From an uncultured delta proteobacterium (GTDB lineage: Bacteria > Myxococcota > B64-G9): a stretch of DNA of 64,000 bases. Below the pieces are notes generated by a model. The model was not told the origin of the DNA, did not search any database, and was given only the letters and a program-made list of their open reading frames with translations. Below, piece after piece: positions 10,189 through 20,576 of the stretch. The DNA lies in contig CAVWHX010000011.1 in NCBI GenBank assembly GCA_963754925.1, forward strand, positions 157,982 to 221,981, read 5' to 3'. Both the position numbers and the translations under genes were made by a program. The stretch's first letter is position 1. The number at the start of each line of letters is the position of its first letter.

Positions 10189-12039
10189 TTAACTCTGGCG
10201 CAGCAACTCGCCGCGACCGTTTTGTATAAAACTCTCTTGTATGGTTAAGAATTTCTCCCGTGTCAATCGGTGGTAGGTTGAATCGCCGCGCATCCGGTAA
10301 TATATTTCCATATGCGGATTTCTCTCGATATTAAAATTATCTCTTTTATAGGGGCGAACCAGTATTTTTTGGGTATCGGTGAGCGGAAACGCTTCGATAA
10401 TGCGTATGTAGTCGGGCATCCATTTGGGATCCATTCCGCCTTCCTTCTGCTGCTTCATAAACCATGCAAAAACATCATCCGGGTAAAACATCCCTCCCTT
10501 TTTGAGTTGTAACGATATCATCACCTTTTCATCGGCGGCGTCGCTCGGCACTCCGTACGCTATCGCTAGATCAGCGCAGGGCAGCTTCTGCGCGTACGCC
10601 ACTACATTTTCGGCGGAAAAATTTTCACCATCCTTGCGTATCCAATCATCGGTCCGGCCGTTGAAATAGAGGTATCGTTTACCCTGGTGGACACGTATAT
10701 GACCGATGTCACCGGAATGGTAGTACCCGTTGCGGAACTTTCGAGCATTCGCCTGTGCGTTGTCAACATATCCTTCAAACCTGAGACTATGGTCTCCGAC
10801 TTTTCTTACTATTTCTCCGACAGCTTCATCGTAGTTGGTAAGCTCCCCCGTGTCATCGGCGACTCCGGGCTGGCATTCTCGCCCCTCTTCGTCGAAGATC
10901 TTCACGGAGTTCGGCACCCTTCCGAGGCATTCAATGGGATCTCCGGGCTGATTCGCAGTTGTTATCACCGCCTCGGTCGATCCATAGATTTCAAAGATGT
11001 GCTCCATGCCGAAATAGCGGATAAGCTTTTTTCGATCGACCGCAGGCGCGCCGTTCCCGTAGGCAATTCTCAAGCGATTCTTGGGGTGGGCCGCCAGAGC
11101 CCGCTCGACGCTCTCGCCGCCGCTGTATTTCTTTTCGAGCGCATCGATAATGTAATGAAGGGGCTGTCCGACGTAATTCAAATAGGTGACCCCATGCGTA
11201 AGCATGTCTTCTTCAAAGGCGCTCGCGGAAAACTTCCTCTTGAGCACAAAGCTCCCACCCACCAGCAGGAGCGGCATGACGGCGGTGTACCATGCGTTTG
11301 AATGAAACAGCGGCATGGAAATGTAGCCCCGATCGGTTTTTTTAAGATGGGTTTGCAATCGCACCACCATGCCGGCGCCGAAGAGTTTAATATGCGTGCA
11401 GGGAACTCCCTTGGGCATCCCGGTCGTACCGGATGTATAAATAACGAGAACCGGACTAAAATTATCGATAGGCACTCTGTAGCGCCGGGGGATGTTCGGC
11501 TCGGATTCAGAAATTGCTTTTTCTATGCTATTAAAACCTTTTTCCTGCGCTTCCTGTTCGTCTCCAACAAAGAGAATGTCCTCTCGATTGATCACATTGA
11601 TTTGAGGCAGAGCGCGTTCCACCTCTGCGGCAGTGCTCGAATTGATTATCAGCTTCGATATCTTTGCCTGATTGATTACCTTTGCCAACGTCTCTCCGCG
11701 AAACCCGCTATTGATGGCAAAGAGAATGGAATTACTCAATCCGACGGCGAAGGACGCAAATAAAAATTCAGGAGTATTCTCCATGTAAATGCCCAGCGAC
11801 AGTCTCTCCGTACCGCCGAGCTTGTTGCCCTCCACCAACCGTTTTCTTATGGATAGAAAATAGTTTTCATACCGTTTCGATTGGGTATAGACCTCGCCGC
11901 AGGTGTATTCCTTACCTTCAAATATGAGGAACGTGCGATTGCGCCTGGTCCACATCCACCACAAACGCAGCCTTACGGTGGTGCTAAAATTTACCCACCC
12001 GAATACTGTTCTCACTATCTGCTTCAAATTAATCACCAC
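10189..12039 (-). CDS. AMP-binding acyl-CoA synthetase (long-chain fatty-acid-CoA ligase, FadD1/FadD17-like)
   Basis: YTSGTTGMPKG, YGSTE, YHSGDIG, GRTDDWIRKDGENFS motifs. Confidence 0.9.
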   Translation of the reverse strand: MVINLKQIVRTVFGWVNFSTTVRLRLWWMWTRRNRTFLIFEGKEYTCGEVYTQSKRYENYFLSIRKRLVEGNKLGGTERLSLGIYMENTPEFLFASFAVGLSNSILFAINSGFRGETLAKVINQAKISKLIINSSTAAEVERALPQINVINREDILFVGDEQEAQEKGFNSIEKAISESEPNIPRRYRVPIDNFSPVLVIYTSGTTGMPKGVPCTHIKLFGAGMVVRLQTHLKKTDRGYISMPLFHSNAWYTAVMPLLLVGGSFVLKRKFSASAFEEDMLTHGVTYLNYVGQPLHYIIDALEKKYSGGESVERALAAHPKNRLRIAYGNGAPAVDRKKLIRYFGMEHIFEIYGSTEAVITTANQPGDPIECLGRVPNSVKIFDEEGRECQPGVADDTGELTNYDEAVGEIVRKVGDHSLRFEGYVDNAQANARKFRNGYYHSGDIGHIRVHQGKRYLYFNGRTDDWIRKDGENFSAENVVAYAQKLPCADLAIAYGVPSDAADEKVMISLQLKKGGMFYPDDVFAWFMKQQKEGGMDPKWMPDYIRIIEAFPLTDTQKILVRPYKRDNFNIERNPHMEIYYRMRGDSTYHRLTREKFLTIQESFIQNGRGELLRQS

Positions 12040-12186
12040 TGCCTCCTATTGCTGGATGCTCAACCATCGGTGCCGATACTAGGCATCAAAGACGGTAACC
12101 ACTCGGATCAACAACAAAAATCCGGAAGCCGCCCCCAAATTCTCTTATTCGTTAATGCGCAGCTTTCATGGCGGTGTTTCTTTGAA

Positions 12187-15100
12187 TCAATTGTATTGAA
12201 AGCCATAATTCTGGAAGTTGTCGCTCGCTGCTCCTGGATAGTCGTTTCTTGTCAAAACTTGCACCATACCGGACATCAGTTTGGCTACGTCGGTCCACAA
12301 GGCTGAGTCGAAGTTCAAAATCAGCGGCTCACCGAGGAACGCATACAGCTCGCTGAAGACCGCGCTGAAGTTGTGGTTGCTGTCGTTCATGGTATCGACA
12401 ACGTCCAACACGTACGCCATCAGCCCGTTTGATTTCAACAATGCGGCGCCGAAAACAGAGGAATCGTAGATATAGTTGATGGTCGAGGTCAATCCGCCCT
12501 TGGCCGGAACAAACGTCGGATCGATGTCGGACAGATTCTTGCCGCTATCGAGCGTTAACGCAATGTTGCTGATTATGGGTTGATATTGAACGGCAACCCG
12601 ATACAGATCATCCACCCGTGACTCGTCGCTGAGGTCGAACGGATGATCGGCGAATGAAATATTCCCGCCGGTTATGGGAATTACCACCGCATTCCAACTC
12701 GTTGCGGCCGTATTGTACGTCGTGGCCACGATCCCCAGGGTATGCACCAGGCCGCTGATTTGATCGGCGGTCGGGCTTACTTGACTAAGGAACTTATCTA
12801 CCACGGTGACGACGTTTTCCACCGCCGAATAGGGGCCCTGCGGATTGAACACTTGGGCCGCCATTTCGAGGTACGTGTGGAACAAAATGAGCTTGTCGGG
12901 GTTTTGGTTCCAATCAACAGGCATGTAGGCGAGCCCCATGTGATATCCGAGCTCGCCGGGCTTGATGCCATGGGCATCGATACCGGTCTGATCGACCAGC
13001 GACTCACTGTAGTTATTGGTGCCTACGAGTATGTTTTGACCGATATTGGCGAATATTTCTTCCATACGCATGTCGTCCGGAATTCCGTCGCCGTTGGTAT
13101 CGCCCCCGTTTGTGAACATCCAATTCGGCAGCGTCTCGGTCAAGGTTGGGTCATTGATCTCGGTGAATCGTCCGCGAGTGTTTTTACTCAAGAGCGAAGA
13201 CTGTTCAAGGCCGTAGAAAAGCTGTCTGCGGGCTCCCCAGGATTGGAAGTTTTTATCGAAATCTTGAGAACTCGCGTTGTAGTCGACGGTCGGCGGATCG
13301 TCGAACATCTTGTCGCCAATGCTTATAAGAAGCTTGAGCGCCTGGGTCAGCACCCGGGGACGTTGATTGGTGACAGGGTTTTGTGTAACCAGAAGCGGCA
13401 AAATCCCGTCAAGAAGTTTCTGGGGATTATTGGCGATCGGATAACGATTGCTGTCGATGAGTATGCTAAATAAGTTGTTGACCGCGGCCGGTTGAAAATA
13501 ACTTCTCTCTGCATCGCTCCCATACCATAGCGGTGGTTTTTGAAAGGTTGATCCGGACACATAGAAGTCGCCGCCCGACTTAAGGAAATAGCCGTCATTG
13601 CCGGTATTTCCAAATACGCGATACTTCCACGTGTTGTTGGGGGCGTCGCCGCTTCCTTTTTGATAGTACGAGATGGGTTTTAGCAAAATGGTCATGCTTT
13701 CAACGAATGGCACTATGCCGGTTGTATTCGAATGCTGGTAATCAGTATTCGCGCGAAGCGCATTGAACATCGACATTAAGATTGGCACCATCGCGTTTCG
13801 CTTGTTCCATACATTGTCGCCCACCGTGAAGCAATTCGAGGGTGCCAACCCGTCTATAACCGTGTAATTATACGTGCCTCCATTCGGCCCGTTGCAGGTG
13901 ATGGAGGTCCCGCTCGTCACCGTGGGAAACGCCAACCGAGCCAACGATGCCAAATTATGAGCCAAAACACTGGAGAATCCCGGTCCGCCGCCGAGAGTAT
14001 TATTATAGACGTTGTCGGCACTCATAAGTAGTGATGCTACGGTACTGAAATCAGCCACAACCCCCATTCGGTGATCGCCAGGCACCGTTGATATTCCTGT
14101 AGTGCCTGCCTTGGCCCATACGTTATCGCCTCGAAATGGTCTGGAGTTGGCGAAGCCATAAAAACCATTGGCCTCCTGGTAGATATAAACAATTCCTGAC
14201 TCAATTCCCCCCAGCAAGGGAAGTAAGAGACGTTGCGGCATGATGAGTAAGTGTTTTCGTTCATTGAAAAACCATTGATAGTTCCTAAAAAATGCCTCCT
14301 CTTGAGAAGCGCAGGCGCGGATCTGATCCGTGTCACTTATTAGTTCTTCAGTTAAGACACCACTAGGAACATCCTGACCTACATCCTGACCTTCCGTATC
14401 TGGTAAGCTAACGAGTTCAAGATCGCCACTATCGTTACGTATGATAGACGAATACTTTCTATTATTCGTGGGGCAGTTATCGCAGCTATAGCCTACTATA
14501 TTATCGCAAAAGCATCCCATATAGTAATCACTGATAGTGACCGAATTCCAAAATTCAGCCCGTGATTGTTCTCTAATAATCGAGTTGCCATTTCCGCCAA
14601 AGAGCAATTCAACCGCGTTAGGACCGCTGACATTTTCTATTTCAATAATCTTCGGGCCCGTGGATTGAAGCGGGCTGCCCGCTATTCTAAATTTATTTTG
14701 TCCAAAAGGAATAACGGAAAAATTAGCGAGGGCAACCGCGCCTAGCGGAGCCGGCTGGGGGGTATAACCGGCTACAAGAGCGCTTCTAAGAAACGACACG
14801 ATCGCATCCCTGTCCCAAGTTTTAGTGTGCGAAAACGTAACCTGAAAAGTATTGTTATCTATGGTGATACTTACCGTTGCATCACTGGGTAGCGTTACCG
14901 GATTATCAATCTCTCCAACATAAAAAGAAATTGGGTACAGCGGTTCTTCATTGTCATTCGGCGTACTGACAAAATCCCAGTTATTGGGCGGATACAGATA
15001 CTCCCAGTTTCCGTTTGGAGCCTTATACACTAAGGCGTATAGCTTTCCGCTTGCGCGATAAACTTTATTCCAAGTCTTTCCATACAATTGCACTGTTTGG

Positions 15101-17193
15101 GCATTATTAGCCATCGAAGGATCATAGTAGTATGGACCGAGTCCGTTCCAAAGCACATGCCAAACGCCGACCGCCGTCGAGAGCGTTATGTTATCGTTGT
15201 TATCTCCGATTGGATTGAATGGCATGTAACCATTTAATGCCGGCACTCCATTATGAAGCGGATAATCTTTGAGGGCTACGCCATTTATATCCCTACTTAA
15301 GCCGCCCGTTGGCGAACCCGGCGCGCCGACAGGACCGGTGATAAAGTATGATATCGGATAGTTTTCATCGAAATAGAACATGTTATCGTTTTTACCGGGA
15401 AGTTGGACTGCCGAATACCTGCCTATCGTAAACGGATACAGACTTCTAAAAAGATGATTTTGATCGGTAGTATTAAAAGTCATTTGGTACTGGTTAAAAA
15501 TGCCAAGAGTACCAATACCTATCATGTTTGTTCCCATGGCATACAACGCATCATTCATGGTCGATCCGGTGCTTCTTGTTGGACTTGGATTGAGATTTGG
15601 ATTTGCGAGTCCTTGCCGGGCCGGACCATGACCATGGTTATAATTCTCGCCTGGTTCCCCTATCGTTGCTGTACACGATTTCAACCCAAGGGCATCATGA
15701 GCCGTACACCCATCTATCCACCCATAATTCGCGGCAGCCGAGGTTATGAAAAAAAGACTCTCTAGCTGGGACGTTGGTTGAGCAGTGGGATCGGTTGTTC
15801 TGTCCCTTCCATATTGATCGTATCTCATTAAATCTTCTAATGATTCCTCAATGCGCGCGTTGTCCGGAACCCAACCGATTGACCTAAGACTTGTTATAAA
15901 TTCATCGAAAACGTATTTCTTTTTTCCATTCACTTCATAAATTAGTGAAATAGGTATGTTATTTTCATCAGGAGCATTTCTGTCGGATCTCAACAATAAG
16001 CGGGTTGTGCCCGGCGCGAGCTCCCTTAACGTATTTCTGAGCTCGACCGAAGAATATGTCTGGGTGTCGTCTGCGGCATAGATGCCGTTTGCGTTTGCCC
16101 CGCCGGTTGTGAAATAACTTTGAATGTTCCGAACTAAATTCTCGGCGACGACTGATATGGTTACTCGGTTAGAAGATCCGACTTGCATGGGCACCGACCC
16201 GGACAGAAACACGCCCAATTGACGTATCAGGTCATCCAAGCTGTTTATAAAATTAGGATCCTTGCCCAACTCGAACAGGGCCATCATCAGCGATTGATTT
16301 CCCTGCACGGCGTTGCCCAGGCCCAGATTGTTGACGCACCCGGTCATGTCTTCGGATGTCTTTATCAGCACATTCGAGCTGTCGAGACACATCGGGTAAT
16401 CGGCCCGCAGGTTGCTTTTGCCGACATTGGTTTGCAAATACGAAAATAACTTATGATTGGCGAGAACGTGGTTATTGCAGGTGGATTGATCGTAATTAAC
16501 CGAATCGCTGGGATTGCAAAAGGCATAGTACGTGGCTGCGGCATCGATATCGTTTAATGCAAATTCAGTTTCTTGTCTCATAACGTCTGCGGTAAGGTTG
16601 TCGACGCGGTATTTGCTCATGGCGCCCAAGACGGCGGCAAGATCTCCGCCCAGCGTGAGATTCTTAGCGCTGACGCCGTCTAAGAACCCGAAGAATTGCG
16701 ACGCATAGTCCAACACGTCCGGCGAGCGCTGATTGGTGCTCGGATCGAATACGCCGTTGTCCAAGGTGTTTTGGTCGATGATGCGACGGATAAGATGGCG
16801 CATCAGTTGTACGATGTTTTGTACGGGATACTGATTCGGCAAACCCACCTTGGTTGCATTGATGGTCACAAACTGGCCGGCCGTTGACTTAATATTTTCT
16901 TCGTAATGGTCGTTTATCGCGTCCCCCAGCAGGTTGTTGACAACGCACTGATCCAACCGGGCTTGATCCGGGTCGCATTGCTGGTTCTGCCACAACGGAT
17001 TGACTTGGGTCGCGTCTCGATAGTGTAACGCGTCGTGGAGGGCTTGATACTTCGACTGGTCCAGAAGATCGAAAAGTTTATACTGGTAAACTTGGTTTTC
17101 CTGGAACGTCCCCATACTAGAATTGCACGAGGAAAGTAAAAAAATACCTGCCACGAACATCAGAGAAGTTCGCACCGCATCTTGATACCGCAT
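12187..17193 (-). CDS. Very large (1668 aa) hypothetical lipoprotein
   Basis: Uninterrupted 5-kb ORF; lipobox-like IFLLSSC; upstream GGAGG; Asn/Asp/Thr/Gly-rich; no family recognised. Confidence 0.8.
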   Translation of the reverse strand: MRYQDAVRTSLMFVAGIFLLSSCNSSMGTFQENQVYQYKLFDLLDQSKYQALHDALHYRDATQVNPLWQNQQCDPDQARLDQCVVNNLLGDAINDHYEENIKSTAGQFVTINATKVGLPNQYPVQNIVQLMRHLIRRIIDQNTLDNGVFDPSTNQRSPDVLDYASQFFGFLDGVSAKNLTLGGDLAAVLGAMSKYRVDNLTADVMRQETEFALNDIDAAATYYAFCNPSDSVNYDQSTCNNHVLANHKLFSYLQTNVGKSNLRADYPMCLDSSNVLIKTSEDMTGCVNNLGLGNAVQGNQSLMMALFELGKDPNFINSLDDLIRQLGVFLSGSVPMQVGSSNRVTISVVAENLVRNIQSYFTTGGANANGIYAADDTQTYSSVELRNTLRELAPGTTRLLLRSDRNAPDENNIPISLIYEVNGKKKYVFDEFITSLRSIGWVPDNARIEESLEDLMRYDQYGRDRTTDPTAQPTSQLESLFFITSAAANYGWIDGCTAHDALGLKSCTATIGEPGENYNHGHGPARQGLANPNLNPSPTRSTGSTMNDALYAMGTNMIGIGTLGIFNQYQMTFNTTDQNHLFRSLYPFTIGRYSAVQLPGKNDNMFYFDENYPISYFITGPVGAPGSPTGGLSRDINGVALKDYPLHNGVPALNGYMPFNPIGDNNDNITLSTAVGVWHVLWNGLGPYYYDPSMANNAQTVQLYGKTWNKVYRASGKLYALVYKAPNGNWEYLYPPNNWDFVSTPNDNEEPLYPISFYVGEIDNPVTLPSDATVSITIDNNTFQVTFSHTKTWDRDAIVSFLRSALVAGYTPQPAPLGAVALANFSVIPFGQNKFRIAGSPLQSTGPKIIEIENVSGPNAVELLFGGNGNSIIREQSRAEFWNSVTISDYYMGCFCDNIVGYSCDNCPTNNRKYSSIIRNDSGDLELVSLPDTEGQDVGQDVPSGVLTEELISDTDQIRACASQEEAFFRNYQWFFNERKHLLIMPQRLLLPLLGGIESGIVYIYQEANGFYGFANSRPFRGDNVWAKAGTTGISTVPGDHRMGVVADFSTVASLLMSADNVYNNTLGGGPGFSSVLAHNLASLARLAFPTVTSGTSITCNGPNGGTYNYTVIDGLAPSNCFTVGDNVWNKRNAMVPILMSMFNALRANTDYQHSNTTGIVPFVESMTILLKPISYYQKGSGDAPNNTWKYRVFGNTGNDGYFLKSGGDFYVSGSTFQKPPLWYGSDAERSYFQPAAVNNLFSILIDSNRYPIANNPQKLLDGILPLLVTQNPVTNQRPRVLTQALKLLISIGDKMFDDPPTVDYNASSQDFDKNFQSWGARRQLFYGLEQSSLLSKNTRGRFTEINDPTLTETLPNWMFTNGGDTNGDGIPDDMRMEEIFANIGQNILVGTNNYSESLVDQTGIDAHGIKPGELGYHMGLAYMPVDWNQNPDKLILFHTYLEMAAQVFNPQGPYSAVENVVTVVDKFLSQVSPTADQISGLVHTLGIVATTYNTAATSWNAVVIPITGGNISFADHPFDLSDESRVDDLYRVAVQYQPIISNIALTLDSGKNLSDIDPTFVPAKGGLTSTINYIYDSSVFGAALLKSNGLMAYVLDVVDTMNDSNHNFSAVFSELYAFLGEPLILNFDSALWTDVAKLMSGMVQVLTRNDYPGAASDNFQNYGFQYN

Positions 17194-17394
17194 CAGGTAC
17201 CTCCCATGTCAAACACTATAGAAAAGATAAACGCCAATTGGTTAACTTTCCCGTGGTTCACCAGACATACCTCTCGCGAAGACATATAATTGCATTATAG
17301 CTTCAACCGATTTCTAGTCAATCAGGATTATAGAAATAAACGTGGAGAGATAAGATGGCTGGGCACACTTTTTATCAGTTGAAATATCAGGCGG

Positions 17395-18012
17395 TTATTG
17401 TTCATGACCGACCTGTCGGCCCGCCGCCTGGCGTTCGATCCAAGCCAGGAGCTCATCCCGACCAAGGTGCGCGGTGCTGGAAAAAACCAATCCGGTTGTC
17501 TGGACATTGAACATTCTATCGAGTTCCCGGCCGCGCGCCCGAGCCTGAGCGCCCGAGAGCTTGTCGGCCTTGGTCCATACCAAAAGCCTCGGCGCTCCCG
17601 AGCGGGCAAGTACTTCGAGCAACGACCTATCGAGCTCATCCGGATCTCGGCGAATGTCGAAAAGAGCGACTATTCCCCGCAGCGGTCGTTTGGCGTTCAG
17701 GTAATCATCCACGAGCCGATGCCAGCGAATCTGGTCTTGGCGCGGGGCCTTGGCGAAACCATAGCCCGGCAGGTCCACCAATATAAAACGCTCCTCAACG
17801 CAGAAGAACACCAAACTGCGCGTTCTGCCCGGAGTACGCGAGATGCGCGCTAGGTTCTTTATGCCCACCACGGCGTTGATCAACGTCGATTTGCCAGAAT
17901 TCGAACGCCCCACAATCGCTATCTCGGGCAGCGCCGGTGCGGGGAAGGCGGCCGCGTGCGGCGCCTCCGTCAGAAGTCTTGCCGAGAGCGTGCGCATAAC
18001 CAGCCTTTCCAC
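17395..18012 (-). CDS. engB: Ribosome biogenesis GTPase YihA/YsxC (EngB)
   Basis: GRSNSGKS, SRTPGRT, DLPGYG, TKADK motifs. Confidence 0.93.
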   Translation of the reverse strand: MERLVMRTLSARLLTEAPHAAAFPAPALPEIAIVGRSNSGKSTLINAVVGIKNLARISRTPGRTRSLVFFCVEERFILVDLPGYGFAKAPRQDQIRWHRLVDDYLNAKRPLRGIVALFDIRRDPDELDRSLLEVLARSGAPRLLVWTKADKLSGAQARARGRELDRMFNVQTTGLVFSSTAHLGRDELLAWIERQAAGRQVGHEQ

Positions 18013-18024
18013 CCGGGCTCGGGT

Positions 18025-18555
18025 TTATCCCCCGATACGTGGGCCGCCATGCACGTGCGGAGAGGCTCGCCGAATCCGATTTCCTCTAAGAATGATCGCG
18101 AGCGCAACTCCCATGACAAGAATGGTAAACAGCAACAAGGCAACCTGGGGCGACGCCGAACGCAGGCTGATGCACACCGACTCGCTTCCTTTAATCTGAG
18201 TCACTTCCAACCATGCATGGGCGATAATCGCGAAAAGCCCGGTCATTCCCAAAAGCAGCAGGATCGCCTGTTCGATCTGTTGACGCCGCCAGTACCAACA
18301 TCCCATAACGCACACTGCCAGCAGAAGCACCACACTAGCAGCCAGACCGGTCGTGTCCGGCAGCGGCATCACGGCCGGCTGACCGGCGCCGGTCTGCGTA
18401 AGCAACCTCACGCTCAGGTCGTTGTGATGGGGCCACGGCATTCCATTCGAGATTGCGAGCACGCTCAGTAGGCCGACCGCCGCCGCCACGATCCCAGCGG
18501 CGCGCCTGGTAGCCGGATAGCGTGTCAAAAACAGCTCATTTCTTATCTTGCCCAT
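18025..18555 (-). CDS. Hypothetical membrane protein (about 4 TM)
   Basis: Hydrophobic segments; lies between the cytochrome gene and engB in the same orientation; start uncertain (18528-18555). Confidence 0.5.
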   Translation of the reverse strand: MGKIRNELFLTRYPATRRAAGIVAAAVGLLSVLAISNGMPWPHHNDLSVRLLTQTGAGQPAVMPLPDTTGLAASVVLLLAVCVMGCWYWRRQQIEQAILLLLGMTGLFAIIAHAWLEVTQIKGSESVCISLRSASPQVALLLFTILVMGVALAIILRGNRIRRASPHVHGGPRIGG

Positions 18556-18997
18556 GGGCAACAGGCGCCCACATACGCACGTACTCAAATGTTCGGACGC
18601 TCGGGGTGAGCTCGGTATGGCAGCGGCGGCAGGTGTTTTCATTGACCGGCGTCAACCCAACGATATGGGAAAGTTCATGATCCTTCATCACGTTGATGCG
18701 TGAATATATCTGACCGGAACCGTGGCAGCTTTCGCATTGCACGCCGGCGTTGGGTCCTTCCTGCATGCCATGGCACAGGGTACAGCGTTGGTCGTCAGCG
18801 CGTGAGCCGGTGAGAGCTTTCTGCGCGCGGGCGTGAGGAGAGCGCTCCCAGACTTGATAGGCGACCGGGTGGCACGTCTTACACGCGCTCGCCCCGACAA
18901 AATCGGTCGGCGCCGTCGCGGCGAATACCAACGAGCCAATCGCCAGAACCGCCGCTACCAGAGTAATCCGCCACCACCGCATACGGTCTCCTTGCAT
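18536..18997 (-). CDS. Periplasmic tetraheme cytochrome c (c554/c-prime-like)
   Basis: Signal peptide; four CxxCH motifs: CKTCH, CTLCH, CESCH, CRRCH; WERSPHARA and GVQCESCHGSG patterns. Confidence 0.85.
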   Translation of the reverse strand: MQGDRMRWWRITLVAAVLAIGSLVFAATAPTDFVGASACKTCHPVAYQVWERSPHARAQKALTGSRADDQRCTLCHGMQEGPNAGVQCESCHGSGQIYSRINVMKDHELSHIVGLTPVNENTCRRCHTELTPSVRTFEYVRMWAPVAHGQDKK

Positions 18998-19110
18998 CTC
19001 TTCAGGAACAAGACGTTAGTGTGGCTTGCGGCGGACTGTCAAGGAAACTAAGTATATTGATGTGACAACTGCTAATATGCGCGCGCCGGGAGACGCCGAG
19101 CAGGGGGCCC

Positions 19111-19163
19111 TTAGAGACTGTTACCTCACGAAAGTGAGGGTTACAGTCTCTTATCCTTTAGGG
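19111..19163 (-). repeat. GGATAAGAG-hairpin mini element, copy B
   Basis: Reverse complement reads ccctaaaggataagagactgt...acagtctctaa. Confidence 0.75.
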
Positions 19164-19198
19164 CCCGCCGAACGGGGCCGCATCTCGCTTCGCTCGAT

Positions 19199-19242
19199 GG
19201 ATAAGAGATTGTATGCAACGCTTCGCTTGCTACAATCTCTAA
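19199..19242 (+). repeat. GGATAAGAG-hairpin mini element, copy C
   Basis: ggataagagattgta...tacaatctctaa. Confidence 0.7.
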
Positions 19243-19298
19243 GATGCGAGGCGGCAGGACCCGGTGCAAATTTTTATTTGTGGCGTTAATGCCTTCTG

Positions 19299-20198
19299 TT
19301 ACTGCCCGATTCCGAACATGGCCTTGAAGATATGCCCGGCCATTTGGGGATTTTCTTTGAGGCGCCGGGTGGAGTACCCGTACCACTCCTTGCCGAAGGG
19401 AACATAGACCCGCATCGGATACCCCTGCCCTACCAGCGCGGCCCTTTTCTCTTCACGCACCCCAAGGAGCATCTGAAACTCGTACTCCTGGTTACCAAGA
19501 CTGCGTTCTCGAATGACGCTCGCGGCGTCTTCAATCAAGTCCTCATCGTGGGTTGCGATTCCGACGTAGCTTTTTGCGTCAAACATTTGCCGCAAGATCT
19601 CCTTGAAGTTCTCTCGTACCGGCTCCTTGCCTTGATAGGCGATAGTTGCCGGCTCCACATAGATTCCCTTGCACAGCCGAAATATTGTTCGAGCCTCCTG
19701 GGTCAGATATTGTACGTCCCGGCTGGTGCGTTTAAGATAGGCCTGGACGGCTATCCCGACATTCGAAAAATTCTTTCGGACCTCACGGTAGAGTCTTAAG
19801 GTGGCATCCGTGTCCGCGCTATCCTCCATGTCGATCCACACAAAATTTCCGCGGGTTTTGGCGTGCTCCAACATGGCGGAAACATTATGAAGGCAGGCTT
19901 GGTAGTTGATTTTCAGACCCAGGGAAGTCAACTTGATGGAATGATTCGCATCGAGCTTGTTTTTTTCAAGGGCCTCCAACACCCCATAACAAACTTCCCG
20001 CATGGATTGAGCCTGACGCAGGTCGCTGATGAACTCCCCTAACGCATCAACCGTCGCCCGCATTCCCCTGGAATTCAGTTCTCTAATCACCCGAACCGCG
20101 TCGTCCAAGCTCTCCCCGGCAATGTAGCGCTTAGCCACCGCGGCCACAATAAACCGTGGAATGAAGGGCAAGCTCCAGGCAACGAGATGGTTGAGCAT
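19299..20198 (-). CDS. Proline dehydrogenase (monofunctional)
   Basis: RYIAGESL, SIKLTSLGL, IDMED, QAYL, RLCKGIY, ATHD, EFQMLLG, VYVPFG, RRLKE. Confidence 0.93.
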   Translation of the reverse strand: MLNHLVAWSLPFIPRFIVAAVAKRYIAGESLDDAVRVIRELNSRGMRATVDALGEFISDLRQAQSMREVCYGVLEALEKNKLDANHSIKLTSLGLKINYQACLHNVSAMLEHAKTRGNFVWIDMEDSADTDATLRLYREVRKNFSNVGIAVQAYLKRTSRDVQYLTQEARTIFRLCKGIYVEPATIAYQGKEPVRENFKEILRQMFDAKSYVGIATHDEDLIEDAASVIRERSLGNQEYEFQMLLGVREEKRAALVGQGYPMRVYVPFGKEWYGYSTRRLKENPQMAGHIFKAMFGIGQ

Positions 20199-20576
20199 AG
20201 CCTCTTTATGGCACGGGACCGACAACATATTGTCGATCGTTGGTTACGGTACAAAATATCGTGAACTAAATCACGCCCCCGATTCAAGCGAAGTCTCGAA
20301 TCGGGGGTCGGTCCTTAATTACCATTATACCTCATGAACGCATGGCGGGACAGAGCACGCCTTCATTTCCCCAGAAAATCTCCTCCTCTTTATGAATCGC
20401 CATACGAATACAGACCCCATATCTATCAGTAGTACATTCTTCTTGCAAATGCCGTCGCTATGGATAAAAGAATTACCGGTGCCGTCTATCTGGGAAAGGC
20501 AGAGACAAGGCGAAGGTAGCAAAAAGAACCGTGTTCAGGTCAACCAGCGATACGACGCAACAAGGAGCATTGATTA

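Larger units (their letters stand above)
19083..19267 (+). ncRNA. Candidate structured non-coding RNA (unknown family) containing two hairpin elements
   Basis: Extended -10 TGcTAATAT at 19070-19078; closing stem gcgccggg/cccggtgc; inner gcc/ggc, gggccc/gggccc and cgcatct/agatgcg stems; T-rich tail; no credible ORF. Confidence 0.4.

Noticed and set aside
19083..19267. yybP-ykoY or other riboswitch
   Set aside because: Only loose resemblance, and there is no downstream gene on that strand
20325..20522. Short ORF between proline dehydrogenase and acyl-CoA ligase
   Set aside because: No RBS or recognisable motif; region doubles as divergent promoter space
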